Shown here in pieces: positions 50,180 through 61,606 of a stretch of 64,000 nt of DNA. The translations under genes and the position numbers were made by a program. Numbering within the stretch: position 1 is the stretch's first letter; every line of letters begins with the position of its first letter. The notes beneath the pieces are model-generated. The model did no database searches and was not told the DNA's origin. It worked only from the letters and a program-made list of their open reading frames with translations. This stretch comes from Oikopleura dioica (Eukaryota > Animalia > Chordata), in the NCBI GenBank assembly GCA_907165135.1, contig OU015567.1, positions 5,208,001 to 5,272,000 of the forward strand, written 5' to 3'.

Positions 50180-51211
50180 ATGGAGAGAAAAGTCGCAATT
50201 CCTCTTTATGTTTTTGCTTTTTTGAGTTTTCTTGGAGCTTGTATCACTGCGCCGATTTTATACGGCAAAACCCGCTGGCAGTCAAGTTCTGCTACCATTG
50301 ATGCAACAACGACAGCAGTTCATTCGACGATGTTCCCTTCAACAACAAAAGCGTCATCATCTTCATTCCAGTCAACAACTTTGAGTTTGAAAGAGTCGAC
50401 TTTGAATCCAACGTTTTCACCATCAATGGAAAGGACAACTACATCGACAACAGTTTCAACAATGACGACTACAACAACATCTATAACCACGAAAACAAGT
50501 TCTTCGACGACGACAGCAACAACAGCCCAAACAACAGCACCACCAACAACGACGACCCTGGCGACGACAACAAGCGATGAAAACATCAACCTCTGCTACG
50601 ACTACGATTGTGGTAAAGGCATTTGTTTCGAAATCGACGATGCTCCGATGCTCCGATTCTGGTACGATTGGCTTCATTACTCATGACAAAACAGTAAATT
50701 TTCGTTTTATTTCTTTATTTTTTCAAACGTCATTTTTCAGAGGACTGCAACATGTGGAAACGATTCAAAAAACCAGTGGTGGATGAAAACAATAGCCATG
50801 AACAACGGCCCCCCTCACCACTTGGATTTCGAAGCATCGCCGAGAAAAAACGAATACATGATACATACTCACACATTGGATAGTACAACACAAGCGATGT
50901 ATTACAGAGAGAATACAGACAACAATTATTATTATGTCTATCATGTTAAAACCGCTGGTGCTGATTTGTCAAAGTACGGAAACACATGGTTGATAGAACG
51001 AATCGCCTGCGATGATGCTGAATGCCCTTATACGGTGCGAGCAGCAGATGATCAGACTAGAGGCAAATAACAAAAAAATCAAGCTTTTGATTAAATTTTT
51101 TTTCAAGGTTGGAAAAAGAAGTTGGATGGTGGCTATAATTACATTCGACTTGAACCAGTTGACCTGAACAACAAGGACTTTCTTTGGTGGATCGAAATTC
51201 ACGAGCAATGA
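50180..51211 (+). pseudogene. Mucin-like paralog 1 (signal/anchor, Thr/Ser stalk, EGF-like, C-terminal beta-rich domain), frameshifted
   Basis: +1 frameshift at about 50650 relative to paralogs 2 and 3 gives TGA at 50684-50686. The downstream exons remain intact. Confidence 0.7.
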
Positions 51212-51759
51212 AACTCATCTCAATCACTCTTTGACTTCTGAACTTGATACTAAACTGCTATTCTTTTAATAAATTTTGATAGATGACACCCATGTGAATG
51301 ATTTGATGTAAAGTAAGATCCGATAAGTCCGAGATCCATCAATTTCGAAGTTTTCGATAATAAGCGGATGATAGTGTCGCCTAAAACGTGATCGAGGCAG
51401 TAAAATCAGTCAATCTTGGATCATCCTTTTTTTCGCTGGCGATAGGATCGACTACCGTAGCGATGAACAAGCGAAAATGTCAGCGGCTCCAGAAATGTGA
51501 CAAATTCTTTGATGCAATTTTTCACGGTCGTATTTTATCAAAGATCGTCAAAGATTAAACTTTTTTTTTCGACCTTGATTCTTCGAAGTTTAATTAGATA
51601 ATTTTTATCAATGTCAAATTGGTCCTGATAAAAGTCCAGAAATTCTGATAGCCCGTTTCATGCGTTCTTCTGCACTTCAGCTGGCTGTCCTCATAATCAA
51701 ACACGAAGACGATGAAATAAACACACGCAAACTTGATATCGAGAAAACTCATTCCTAAG

Positions 51760-53361
51760 ATGGAGAGAAAAGTCGTAATTCCACTTTATGTTTTTGCTCT
51801 TTTGAGTTTTCTCGGAGCTTGTATCACTGCGCCAATTTTATATGGCAAAATCTGGCAGTCTAGTTGTTCCACGATTGATGCAACAACGACAGTTTTTGAT
51901 TCGACGAGGTTTCCTTCAACAACAAAAGCGTCATCATCTTCAATGCAGTCAACTACTGCAAGCTCATCTAATGAACCCACTGTGGAAATAACCCAATCAA
52001 CAGAAAGGGAATTGACATCAGCGGCACAGACAATGGAGCCAGAAACTACGAGCAGACACAGCTTGCCCATCACGACAACAACAGCGTCGGTTTTATCAAC
52101 AAAAACATGGACAACAACAATTCCTACATCTCCAATTTTTTCAACGACAACAGTTTCGACAATGACTACGACGACTACAACAACATCTTCCACGATTAAA
52201 ACAAAAACAACAGACGATTTTCAAAAAGGATTTCTGAGTAAAATCCTTACCCCCGTATTTTATTTTCTCATTTGAAAGAGCCTAAAAAGTTATCCCAGAT
52301 TCGCCGGGAACATGATGAAGTTTTCGAAAAAATGATGTCATGGCACGTGACTGAAGTCCCAAAAAACTCAAACTTTCCCGCTCGGGCATTTTCGGCTCGT
52401 CTGAGCTAATAAGGCTTGTAATAGCTCAAAATAATCGTCTCTGTGAGTTCTTTTCATCCCTTTATCTCTTGCTTGAATAATAGAAATTTAAAAGAATTGC
52501 ATCATTTTGAGCTATACCAAGCTCTTGTATCTCAGACGAGTCGAAAATTCCCGGGCGGGAAAGTTTTGGCACTTTTGGGACTTCAGTCACGTGCTATGAC
52601 GCTATTTTCCTCTTTTCAATGAGCTAATAAAAAAGGGGGGTCAGGATTTCATTCAGAAATCCTTATTGAAAATCGTCACAACAACAGCGTCAAAAACAAC
52701 GACGACGCTTGCGACAAGAACAACCGACCCAAACGCTAACCTGTGCTACGACTTCGATTGTGACAAAGGCATTTGTTTCGAAATCGACGGTGCTCCTATG
52801 TGCATTTCCGGTACAATTGGCTTCATTACTCACGACAAGACAGTGAGTATATCGTTTTTATGTCTTAATTTTTTCAAGGCTCATTTTTAAGAGGACAGCA
52901 GCATGCGGAGACGATTCTAAAAACCAGTGGTGGGTGAAAACAAAACTTTTGAACAACGGCCTCCCTCATCACTTTGATTTCGAAGCAGCCCCGAGAAAAA
53001 ACGTATATATGATTCACACTCACACATTGGATAACACAACACAAGCGATGTATTACAGAGAAAATACAGATATTAATTATTATTATATCAATCATGTAAA
53101 AACTGCTGGTGCCGATTTGTCAAAGTATGGAAACACATGGCTGATAGAAAGAATCGCCTGTGAGGATGCTGAATGCCCTTATACAGTCAGAGCAGCAGAT
53201 GATCAGACTAGAGGTAGATAACGAAAAGATGGAGCTTTTGACTTGTTTGTTTTCAAGGATGGAAAAAGATGTTGGATGGTGGCTATAATTACATCCGACT
53301 TGAACCAGTTGACTTGAACAACAAGGACTTTCTTTGGTGGATAGAAATTCACGAGCAATAA
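51760..53361 (+). CDS. Mucin-like paralog 2, coding exon interrupted by a foldback MITE
   Basis: MERKVVIPLYVFALLSFLGACITAPILYGK; CYDFDCDKGICFEIDGAPMC; GNTWLIERIAC...CPYTVRAA. Confidence 0.8.
52213..52677. mobile_element. 465-bp foldback MITE inside the coding exon of paralog 2
   Basis: TIR GACGATTTTCAA(A/T)AAGGATTTCTGA with long internal inverted arms. The TSD lies in ACA repeats (6 bp exact, or 9 bp with one mismatch). Confidence 0.85.
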
Positions 53362-54011
53362 AATCATGCCAATCATTCTTTGATCTCTGAACTTGTTAAT
53401 AAACAACTATGCTTTTAATAAATTTTCGCAAAGGACATCGATCAAAATTACGCGATTTTGAGGGTGTTAGAGTCGAGATAGACCCCCAAAAAATGAAGCC
53501 TCAAAATCGTTTTTTGACCCGTAGAGTCCATTTCCGGGGTCAAAATTTTGAAATTCCGAAAATAGATTTTTCGAAAATTGTTGACGGGGGTCCTTAAGAA
53601 CCAAAGAAGCGACCCTAAATCAGGTACCCGAGTTACCAAATGAGTATTTCACTGGCCTTTGACAACCCTGGTTTGCTTGGTTAGAAGTCCATCAATTTTC
53701 GAATAGGATTTATTTTTATTTCCGTTGCTGTTTATCGGTGTCAACTTATTCCCGATAAATGTCCCAAATCATTTATTCGTTCGAAACACCTGGCTGCTCG
53801 TAATCACTTCCTTCAAGTATGTCAATCAATTCGAGAATATGCACCTTAGATTCCAGGTCAGAGTCAAATCGTTGACAAAAAGAGCGATAATATTCGAGGC
53901 GATTATTCGTTTACTTCAGCTGGGCGTCCTCATAACCAAATAAAATCGCGTCGATATAAACAGACGCGAACTTCGTATCAATAATACTCATCGTATTCAA
54001 GAGTTCAGAAA

Positions 54012-55371
54012 ATGGAGAGAAAATTCGCAATTCCACTTTATCTTTTTGCTTTCTGGAGTTTTCTTGGAGCTTGTATCACTGCACCTATTTTATACGGCAA
54101 AAACCGTGAGCAATCACGGTATTCTCCAAATGATGCAACAACGACAGTTTACCACTCAACGAGGTTTCCTCCAAGACCTGAGACCACATCTACATCAGCT
54201 CCAACAGCAACAGTCCCAACAACATCGAAGTCTTCGTCACTTGATTCGACGACAAAGACAGTTTCTGTAACAACAAAGACTATGTCTTCAGCAACAACAA
54301 AAACATCGAGCTCGGGTTCCACGTCAAGTTCCTTTGCATCAACGAGTCTGCCTCCATCTTCGATACAATCAACAATTATGAGTTCAAAATCACCTTCAAC
54401 AACAACTAAAACAACAAAATCAACAGCATTATTAGCAACATCTTCCGCATCAACTTCCAGAACAACGATTACAACAGCAAAGACTACAACTACGACTCCA
54501 ACAACAATTACGATAATGGATACTACTACCATGACTTCAACAACAACCGAAACAACAACAATTGCCACCACCACCACAGCGACAACGACAACGTCTACGA
54601 CCACCACCAATACCTCCACCACAATGACTACGACCACGACTACGACCACGACTACGACTACGACCACGACAACGACTACGAGCACGACAACGATTACGAC
54701 AACCACAACCACCACCACCAGCACCACGACAGTCGACCCAACCATCAATCAATGCTACGGTTACGATTGCGGTGGAGGAGTCTGTTTCGAAATCGACGAT
54801 GTTCCAACATGCATCCACGCTACAATCGGATTCCTTACTCACGATAAAAAAGTGAAACCCTTCTCAAAATTCTTCCTCAAACATTACACTTTAGATGACG
54901 GTTAAATGTGGTGACGGGCAAAAAAACCAAAAATGGATGAAAACGAAAAATTTGGATAATAAAGGAATCCATCACGTGGAATTTGAAGCGACCCCTAGAA
55001 AAAACGAATATATCATCCACACTCACACACTATACGCAGACAAGAAGCCAACAAAAGCCGTTTACTTTAAGAACAGCAAGGATGGAAATTACCAATACGT
55101 CAATCATGTAAGAATCAGTGATATTGATTCGTCACAGCATGGAAACACTTGGTTGATAGAACGAATCGCCTGTGATGATTCAGAGTGTCCTTATACAGTG
55201 AGAGCGGCAGGAGACCAGACAAGAGGTAGGCAAAAAATTCGAGCTTTTGATTAAAAATCTTTTCAAGGGTGGAAAAATAATATAGATGGCAGCTATAATT
55301 GGCTTCGAATGGACAAAATAGACTTGAAAAATAGAGACTTTCTTTGGTGGATTGAACTTCAGGAGCATTGA
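54012..55371 (+). CDS. Mucin-like paralog 3 (intact), long poly-Thr stalk
   Basis: Same leader, CYGYDCGGGVCFEIDDVPTC and C-terminal domain. Two GT-AG introns. Confidence 0.85.
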
Positions 55372-55766
55372 GACTTTTGAGGAAATATCTTTATGAACCG
55401 CTTATTATTTCTGTTTTATATAATAAACTGCTTCTTTTTATTGAATTTGGCTGAATATGCCGCATGAACTTTTATCTCTTCCTTTCGGGATACATTTTTT
55501 GGCACTTAAGGTAATCGAACTTGTCAAGGCGCCCAAAGAAAAATCTTGATCCGAGAGTGTTTGCGGATTTCTGAATTATTGACAAACTTGCTTCCGTCTC
55601 AGGCATTTTGTTACTGTAAGACCTCGTTGGTTAGTTCAAACGTTCGGAGATCAAAAGTATTCGTTTGGTTCAGGTGCATAACCAAACATCACTGTAAATA
55701 AAAGACAATATTTAAGCATCTGAAAGCTGGTGCACATCTACCTTTTACCACTTGAGAAAGATCATA

Positions 55767-56999
55767 ATGGAGAGAAAAATAGCGATTTCACTTTATCTTT
55801 TTGCATTTTTCAGCTTTCTGGGAGCTTGTATTACAGCACCGATCTTGTATAACAAATTCAACAATTCAAGCTTGAAAACTACTTCGACGACTACTACAAC
55901 AACTTCTACAACATCAGCGCTTGATCGTCAAACAACGCATGGTTCAGTTCTTCCAGCTCCTTCAACTACAGCCGCAACGACTGACAAGACAATGAAAGTT
56001 CCACTCACAACAATGTCTTCAACTTTGACAACGACTTCAAATTCATTCGCAGAAACTACTGAGGAACCGAAAATGACTACATTTTCCCCAATCACATCAT
56101 TTTCTATGGAGACAAAGAGTGTGCCTACAACTATGGCATCGACAAACCAAGAATCAACATCCGCTTCAGAGACAACAGCGACGGAGGAGAGTCCAACTTC
56201 AATCATGATCGCAACTTCAGAACTCAGCGTTGATGAGTCCGAAACATCGTCAATTACTATAACAACTCTACCTTCAACGATGACAGAGACAACGAGTTCA
56301 ATCATACCTTCACAAACAACATCAATGTCAGCATCATCTTCAATTTCAACCGCAGAAATGATAACAACGACAACTTCTCCGATTGATTCTACTACCTATT
56401 CATCAATCGAAACAACAACAATGTCAGCAGACATCGAGACAACACCAACTCAAGCTCTGGAAATCTGCGATAAAAATAAGGTCACAATAATAGATGATTT
56501 CATCGAACCACGAAGAGACAATCATGTTGGATCTGGCGAGGCAACATTGTATTTTGCTTTCAGTATTGATATCTTCTGCAACAACTCGATGCCACTTGGT
56601 GAATTCATCAACATTTTCCACGTGACCGCTGGTGATAATATTGGTCACCCTGGCGACCGAGTTTTTGGGATCTGGAGAAATATCAATGACACTGATCTTC
56701 ACATTGCTATTCATCACAAAAATCCAAGCGTCAACTATCAAAAAGTAACGATGGCGCCTTGTGATGAAGGAGAATGGAACACATACTCCCTCGAATTGAA
56801 AGCGCTCTCCGATGAGAAATCGAAGGATGAAAAGGTTGAGCATGTAATGAAACGAGATGGAGAAATTCTTACCTCTGGAAGTTACGATATTTCTGGTGCA
56901 TATTCTTCTGGTCCTTTAAATTTTTACGTCAGCGATCCATGGCACCCTGCAGCTTCTCCTTTTCTAGTCAAAAATTTCTTTTACTGCTTTGATGAATAA
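55767..56999 (+). CDS. Mucin-like paralog 4, single exon, with a different (ConA/LamG-like) C-terminal domain
   Basis: Same MERKIAISLYLFAFFSFLGACITAPILY leader and Thr/Ser stalk, then NIFHVTAGDNIGHPGDRVFGIW...LHIAI. Fold assignment is inference. Confidence 0.8.
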   Translation: MERKIAISLYLFAFFSFLGACITAPILYNKFNNSSLKTTSTTTTTTSTTSALDRQTTHGSVLPAPSTTAATTDKTMKVPLTTMSSTLTTTSNSFAETTEEPKMTTFSPITSFSMETKSVPTTMASTNQESTSASETTATEESPTSIMIATSELSVDESETSSITITTLPSTMTETTSSIIPSQTTSMSASSSISTAEMITTTTSPIDSTTYSSIETTTMSADIETTPTQALEICDKNKVTIIDDFIEPRRDNHVGSGEATLYFAFSIDIFCNNSMPLGEFINIFHVTAGDNIGHPGDRVFGIWRNINDTDLHIAIHHKNPSVNYQKVTMAPCDEGEWNTYSLELKALSDEKSKDEKVEHVMKRDGEILTSGSYDISGAYSSGPLNFYVSDPWHPAASPFLVKNFFYCFDE

Positions 57000-58780
57000 T
57001 TTGAAAATAATGTTTTCGATACTTAAACGAAAATGCTTCTATCAATAGAAATGGTCTTAGCTAAACTTGGAATAGAGGGGAAACGTGCTGGTGCACGATT
57101 ACTGTAATCAATGGAATGATTTCGATCGCAGGGATCACACTCATTCGCACGCGGTCGTAGATTGAAAAGCTGTCAATCAAACTTCACAAAACGAATTCTT
57201 TCTTTCTTCTTTTCGCATTCTTACAGTTTCTTACACCGTCTTACGAGGTTCGTTAAAATCGCTTGCGTCGAAAAAAAGAGAGAGAAAAAGTTCACTTGCT
57301 TTTAAGAAAAAAGGTAAGAGCAAGGTCAAGTTTAAACTAAGCTAAGAAAAGTAGAGTCAAAATATGAACTTGTCTTTTTTTGTTTCCATTCGAACTCGGC
57401 GATCATCCCTTAATTCGGGCCAAATGATGATGAAGATGCGCTTTTCTTTAGTATCCCTTGGGCCGGCTCGTACTCGTTAATTATTTTTTCAAAAGAGAAT
57501 CGATGGCCCTGATGATTATCCTGCTCACTTCCCCTTGTGTCCTCTAAAGCGTTTTTTTTTTCACATAACTTGACAAACTCAAAACTGAGGAAAAAAGGGC
57601 TACTCAGAGAAAAAATAATAATGCATTGGATTTAAATTGCTTTTTTTCGATCAAAAAAATAATTCAGAAGGTAATTTTTCTGCGAAAATTGTCGTTAAAA
57701 CTTGTTCAAAGCGGCCTAAGATTGTTGATTTTCGCAAAAAAAAAATCTGATTTTCCGAAAATTGGCAATTTTTGGACCTATTTTCGAGGTTTTTCCGAAA
57801 ATTAAGGATACTACCGTCGATGACCCCAATGACTGAAAATGTTGGGGAAATCGAAGGTAGAACCCTTAAGGATTGTAATTGCTCGATATTTCTAAGGAAA
57901 GAGAGGGGTCTTGAAAGTTTTTTTTTTCGGAAAAACGACGTAATGGATTGTGTTGTTGATCACCCTTAATGGTTGAGCTCCGCTCGAGCCCGCAAGCCCC
58001 AGCGAGAGGCTAGGGCTGTGCATTTTTCATGAGGCAGGAGCCACTCTGCGGCGATTAAAAATATCATCGAATAATTCATTTTCAACATATTTTGAAAAGT
58101 AAAAACTATATTCAGCTTATACTGAATTCGCATTGACGAAAAGAGAGACGCATTTGTCGAGAAAAAGGAAGCGGCGAGGAGGAGACATAGAAGAGAAAAG
58201 AAGATACGATCTTGGAAAGAAAGGAGAGAAATTATTTTCATGGGAATATGCATATTGAACAGATGAAAGGAAAAGTTCAAAATTTTAATGAGATAGAGGG
58301 TAATATATTTAATGTGTTAGGGTTGGCCCAAAAAAGAAGTTTCCTACATTATCTACTTTAGGGTCCAAATACTAAATTTTGTCTAAAAAATGGGGGAAAT
58401 TTTGTTTGTCATATGATACATCATAATGATCCTCAGAACATGAGGAATCTGAAAATATCAAAAATAGACCTTTATGAAGCACTTGAAAAAACAGGGGGGG
58501 ATCCCTTAAATGGGAGAACGTCAAAAAAATTCGACAAATTTTGCGTTGGCGGCTACTCAGCTCCTAATTGGCCGATGCGACGAATCCTGGCTTCTGATTG
58601 GTTGAAAATCTACAAGAAATTTTTCGAGATTTTTGTCGGTTTCTACCCTTCGTTTTCTATACGATAATTTATTTATATTTTCAAATAAAATCTCGATCTG
58701 ATAAATTACATATTTATCCTTATCTTATTATCATTATGGTCTTTCAATTTTGTTCCGATTTGAACTTTCTGAAGTAAAAA

Positions 58781-60014
58781 ATGATCCTCGTGGAAACCCT
58801 CTCTGTCCTGTGTAATTTGCTATCATTAGGTAAAAAGGCTCTTTGTGTCTTTCGATCTTGAACCCTTTCTTCTTCTTGGTTTATTTATTATTCCGTCTGT
58901 AGGACTGATCATCGTGGCGACGATTACGCCGTATTGGAAGATCGACAAGTCCGACGATTTGTTCAAAAACATCTTTCCGGATTACAACCAGGGCCTCTGG
59001 GTTAGGTGCAATCAAGAGATAAAGAGCGCAAAGTGGATTTGCTCGGGATTAGAAGATGTGTACAAAGAAATTCCTCTCGAGATAAAGGTACAGATTTACA
59101 TTAGCCGCAATTTTGGTCAGTAATCGCGCTTTATACCCCTGTCTTGGCTCAATACGAATTCAGACAATCGGTTCAATATTCAATTTTCATCCATTTCTTG
59201 GTTCTTTTCAAGGGTTTTTTCGACCAATAAGAAGCCAGTATTCAATATTGGCAATACTGTAGTTCGAAAAAATGATTTGATCTTAACTTTAAACTGCTTA
59301 TCATAGTTTAAGGGTGTCCACATCGAAAAATAGCGAATTCGATGTTGACACCCTTAAGCCTTGCCGATTTTTCTGCAAAAAGTCGGCTCTAGAATTTCAA
59401 ATTTGAAATTTTGTCTTTCAGATTTCACGATTATTTATCATCGTCTCCATTTTATCCCACTCTTTGGCATTTCTGAGCGGAGTTTTTGGACTGAGATGCA
59501 TCTCGATCGGTGGACATCGACCAGATTTTAAATACAGACTCGTAAGTTCTTTCTTATCAGCTTGAGAATTATGATCGTCATTAATTCATCTTTTTATCGG
59601 AGAAAGAAAGGGAAAACCGCTTTTCAGAACATTCTATCGATTCTGTTCCACATGATCGATTTGCTGTCAGTACTGGCCTGTACATTATCATTCACAATTC
59701 CGCTTCTTCGGGACTACTACAAGCCCTCTCAAAAGGTAACAAACGTCATTCATTTTCGTCTCGAAATTCTTTCAGCTTTCTCCCGTCTCAATTTTGAAGG
59801 GATCTTCTGTTTCAGTTCCCAGCTGGTGTATATATTTTCTAGTAGCATCTTTCTTCATTATATTTATAAATATCGGTGAGACCCCCTTAAACACTTTCCT
59901 CTTCATCGCTTTTTAGTCCTTACGTGCCTCATAACAGCCGAGTCCGCAAAGCCGAATTCGCGCTTTTTCCAGGAATGCGGGTACAATTTAACAATCAAGG
60001 TGCGCTCATTTTAA
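58781..60014 (+). CDS. Claudin/PMP22-family tetraspan protein
   Basis: TPYW...QGLWVRC...WIC signature and four TM segments. The 3' end is uncertain. Confidence 0.8.
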
Positions 60015-60185
60015 TGTGATATATATTTCGCTGGGAAATATGAAAAATCATCGCTTCGCTAATCCCTTAATCCATTGTCCTGAAAATAGCAAAATCAATG
60101 GAGCAATCAACTGCTGGAAAATGGTCACGAACAGCGGCATGAACGACCAGAATGCGTGAGGTAATTGCTCAAAAATTCACATATC

Positions 60186-60556
60186 GACACCCTTATTTTA
60201 TTCAAGAATCGGTTTTAATAAGGGTCTCTCTTTGATAATTTTTTTCGAAAAAAAACAATGCTCAGAAATCTTGTTTAATTTTCGTTAGAAGATAACAAAG
60301 AGACACCCTTATTTTATTCAACAATCAATCAAAATAAGGGTATTTCCTTGAAAATTCTTTTCGAGAAGGAACAATGGTCAAAATCTTATTTTTGTCCGAG
60401 GCTTACTAAGTGACACCCTTATTTTACTCAATTATCGAATAAAATAAGGGTCTCTCTAAGAAAATTCTTTTCAAAAAGAAGCAATACTCTTTTTTGTCAG
60501 AAGTTTATAGAGACACCCTGATTTTCTTCTACGATGGAAAAAATAAGGGTGTCTCT
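60186..60556. repeat. Four tandem ~110-bp units each with a GACACCCTTATTTT...AAAATAAGGGT hairpin
   Basis: Units start at about 60186, 60302, 60413 and 60512. Confidence 0.75.
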
Positions 60557-60706
60557 TTGAAAGTTCTTCTCGAAAAAAGGTATTTATATATGTTTTTAGT
60601 GGAAATCATATGTCTTACTCCTCAACTAGAATTCAAGAATACATCTGACACTGCTTTTCTCAACAAATAAAAACGTACAACTATAAATTTCCTTTTTCTT
60701 TTTTAT

Positions 60707-60931
60707 TCAAAGTTTTTGATACTTTCTGAATTTCTGTTTCTGGTTGCAGATCGCTTTTCTTGTTGTTGTATTGAATTCAATCTCGGAGTTGTCGAACTTG
60801 TTGTGCTTGATGACCTGGCCGATCGGGAGTGAAATCATGGAGGAGTCGATCTTCAGTTTTCGCAGTTCAGAGGACTCTTTGGAGCTTTTCATAGAGGCGA
60901 AGAAGTTTTTGATGGTTGTCTTGGAGATCAT
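60707..60931 (-). CDS. Small basic ORF (74 aa) with partial CRIB-like motif
   Basis: AAAATG context, coding-like codon usage, DSSMISLPIGQVIKH. Confidence 0.4.
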   Translation of the reverse strand: MISKTTIKNFFASMKSSKESSELRKLKIDSSMISLPIGQVIKHNKFDNSEIEFNTTTRKAICNQKQKFRKYQKL

Positions 60932-61606
60932 TTTCTTGCGTGTTTTTTGGATTGTTAAAAAACGGTCGAGCTTTTATGAAAGAGAAGCCCTCATGTGGTG
61001 GTCGGAAAAATTGCCCGCGCAGGTGGGCGCAATTCCGAAATTTCGAAATTTCCGCCAAGGTAGGGGACAATTGCTGATTTTTCATCTAAGCGGGATATTT
61101 GAGATTCTAGCTCAGCTGTTCTTTCTTGGCGCTATTCTTTGATGGTTATTGCTTGGTTGATGGTTGATGGTAGAGTAATTGCTTTTTAATTGCTAATTTT
61201 ATTGCTAGAATTGTAAATAAAACTTGAAATAATTGAGCCCATAAAATGGTTTTGAGAAAAAAGCTGAGAAAGAGAAACCGCATCATATATTAAGAAAATA
61301 AAAAAAATCATAGTTCATGATCTTTCCATCAAAATTATCAAAAAAGCTTCGAAAATGCTGAATTTTCTGACTTTCAAGGTCACAAAGTCGAGGAAATATT
61401 TATTACATTTATAGTTTTACCGCAAAGCTGAAAGAGTCTTAACTCGTTTCGTCAAGGCGAAATAATACCGGATGCACTAAAGTTGTACATTATGAGAATT
61501 GACGCGAAGACGGAGGCGTTATTGGAGTTCATCGTTAAAATACCACATTATTTTCGAAGGTGATCGCGAAGTGCGTCAAGCAGTCCGAAGTGAGACGGGC
61601 TCAAGA

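Noticed and set aside
50320-56843. Val-rich minus-strand ORFs
   Set aside because: They are antisense to the poly-Thr stalks of the mucin paralogs.
58318-58328. Second copy of the hAT element (TAGGGTTGGCC)
   Set aside because: Only an 11-bp single end is present, with no partner TIR or TSD.
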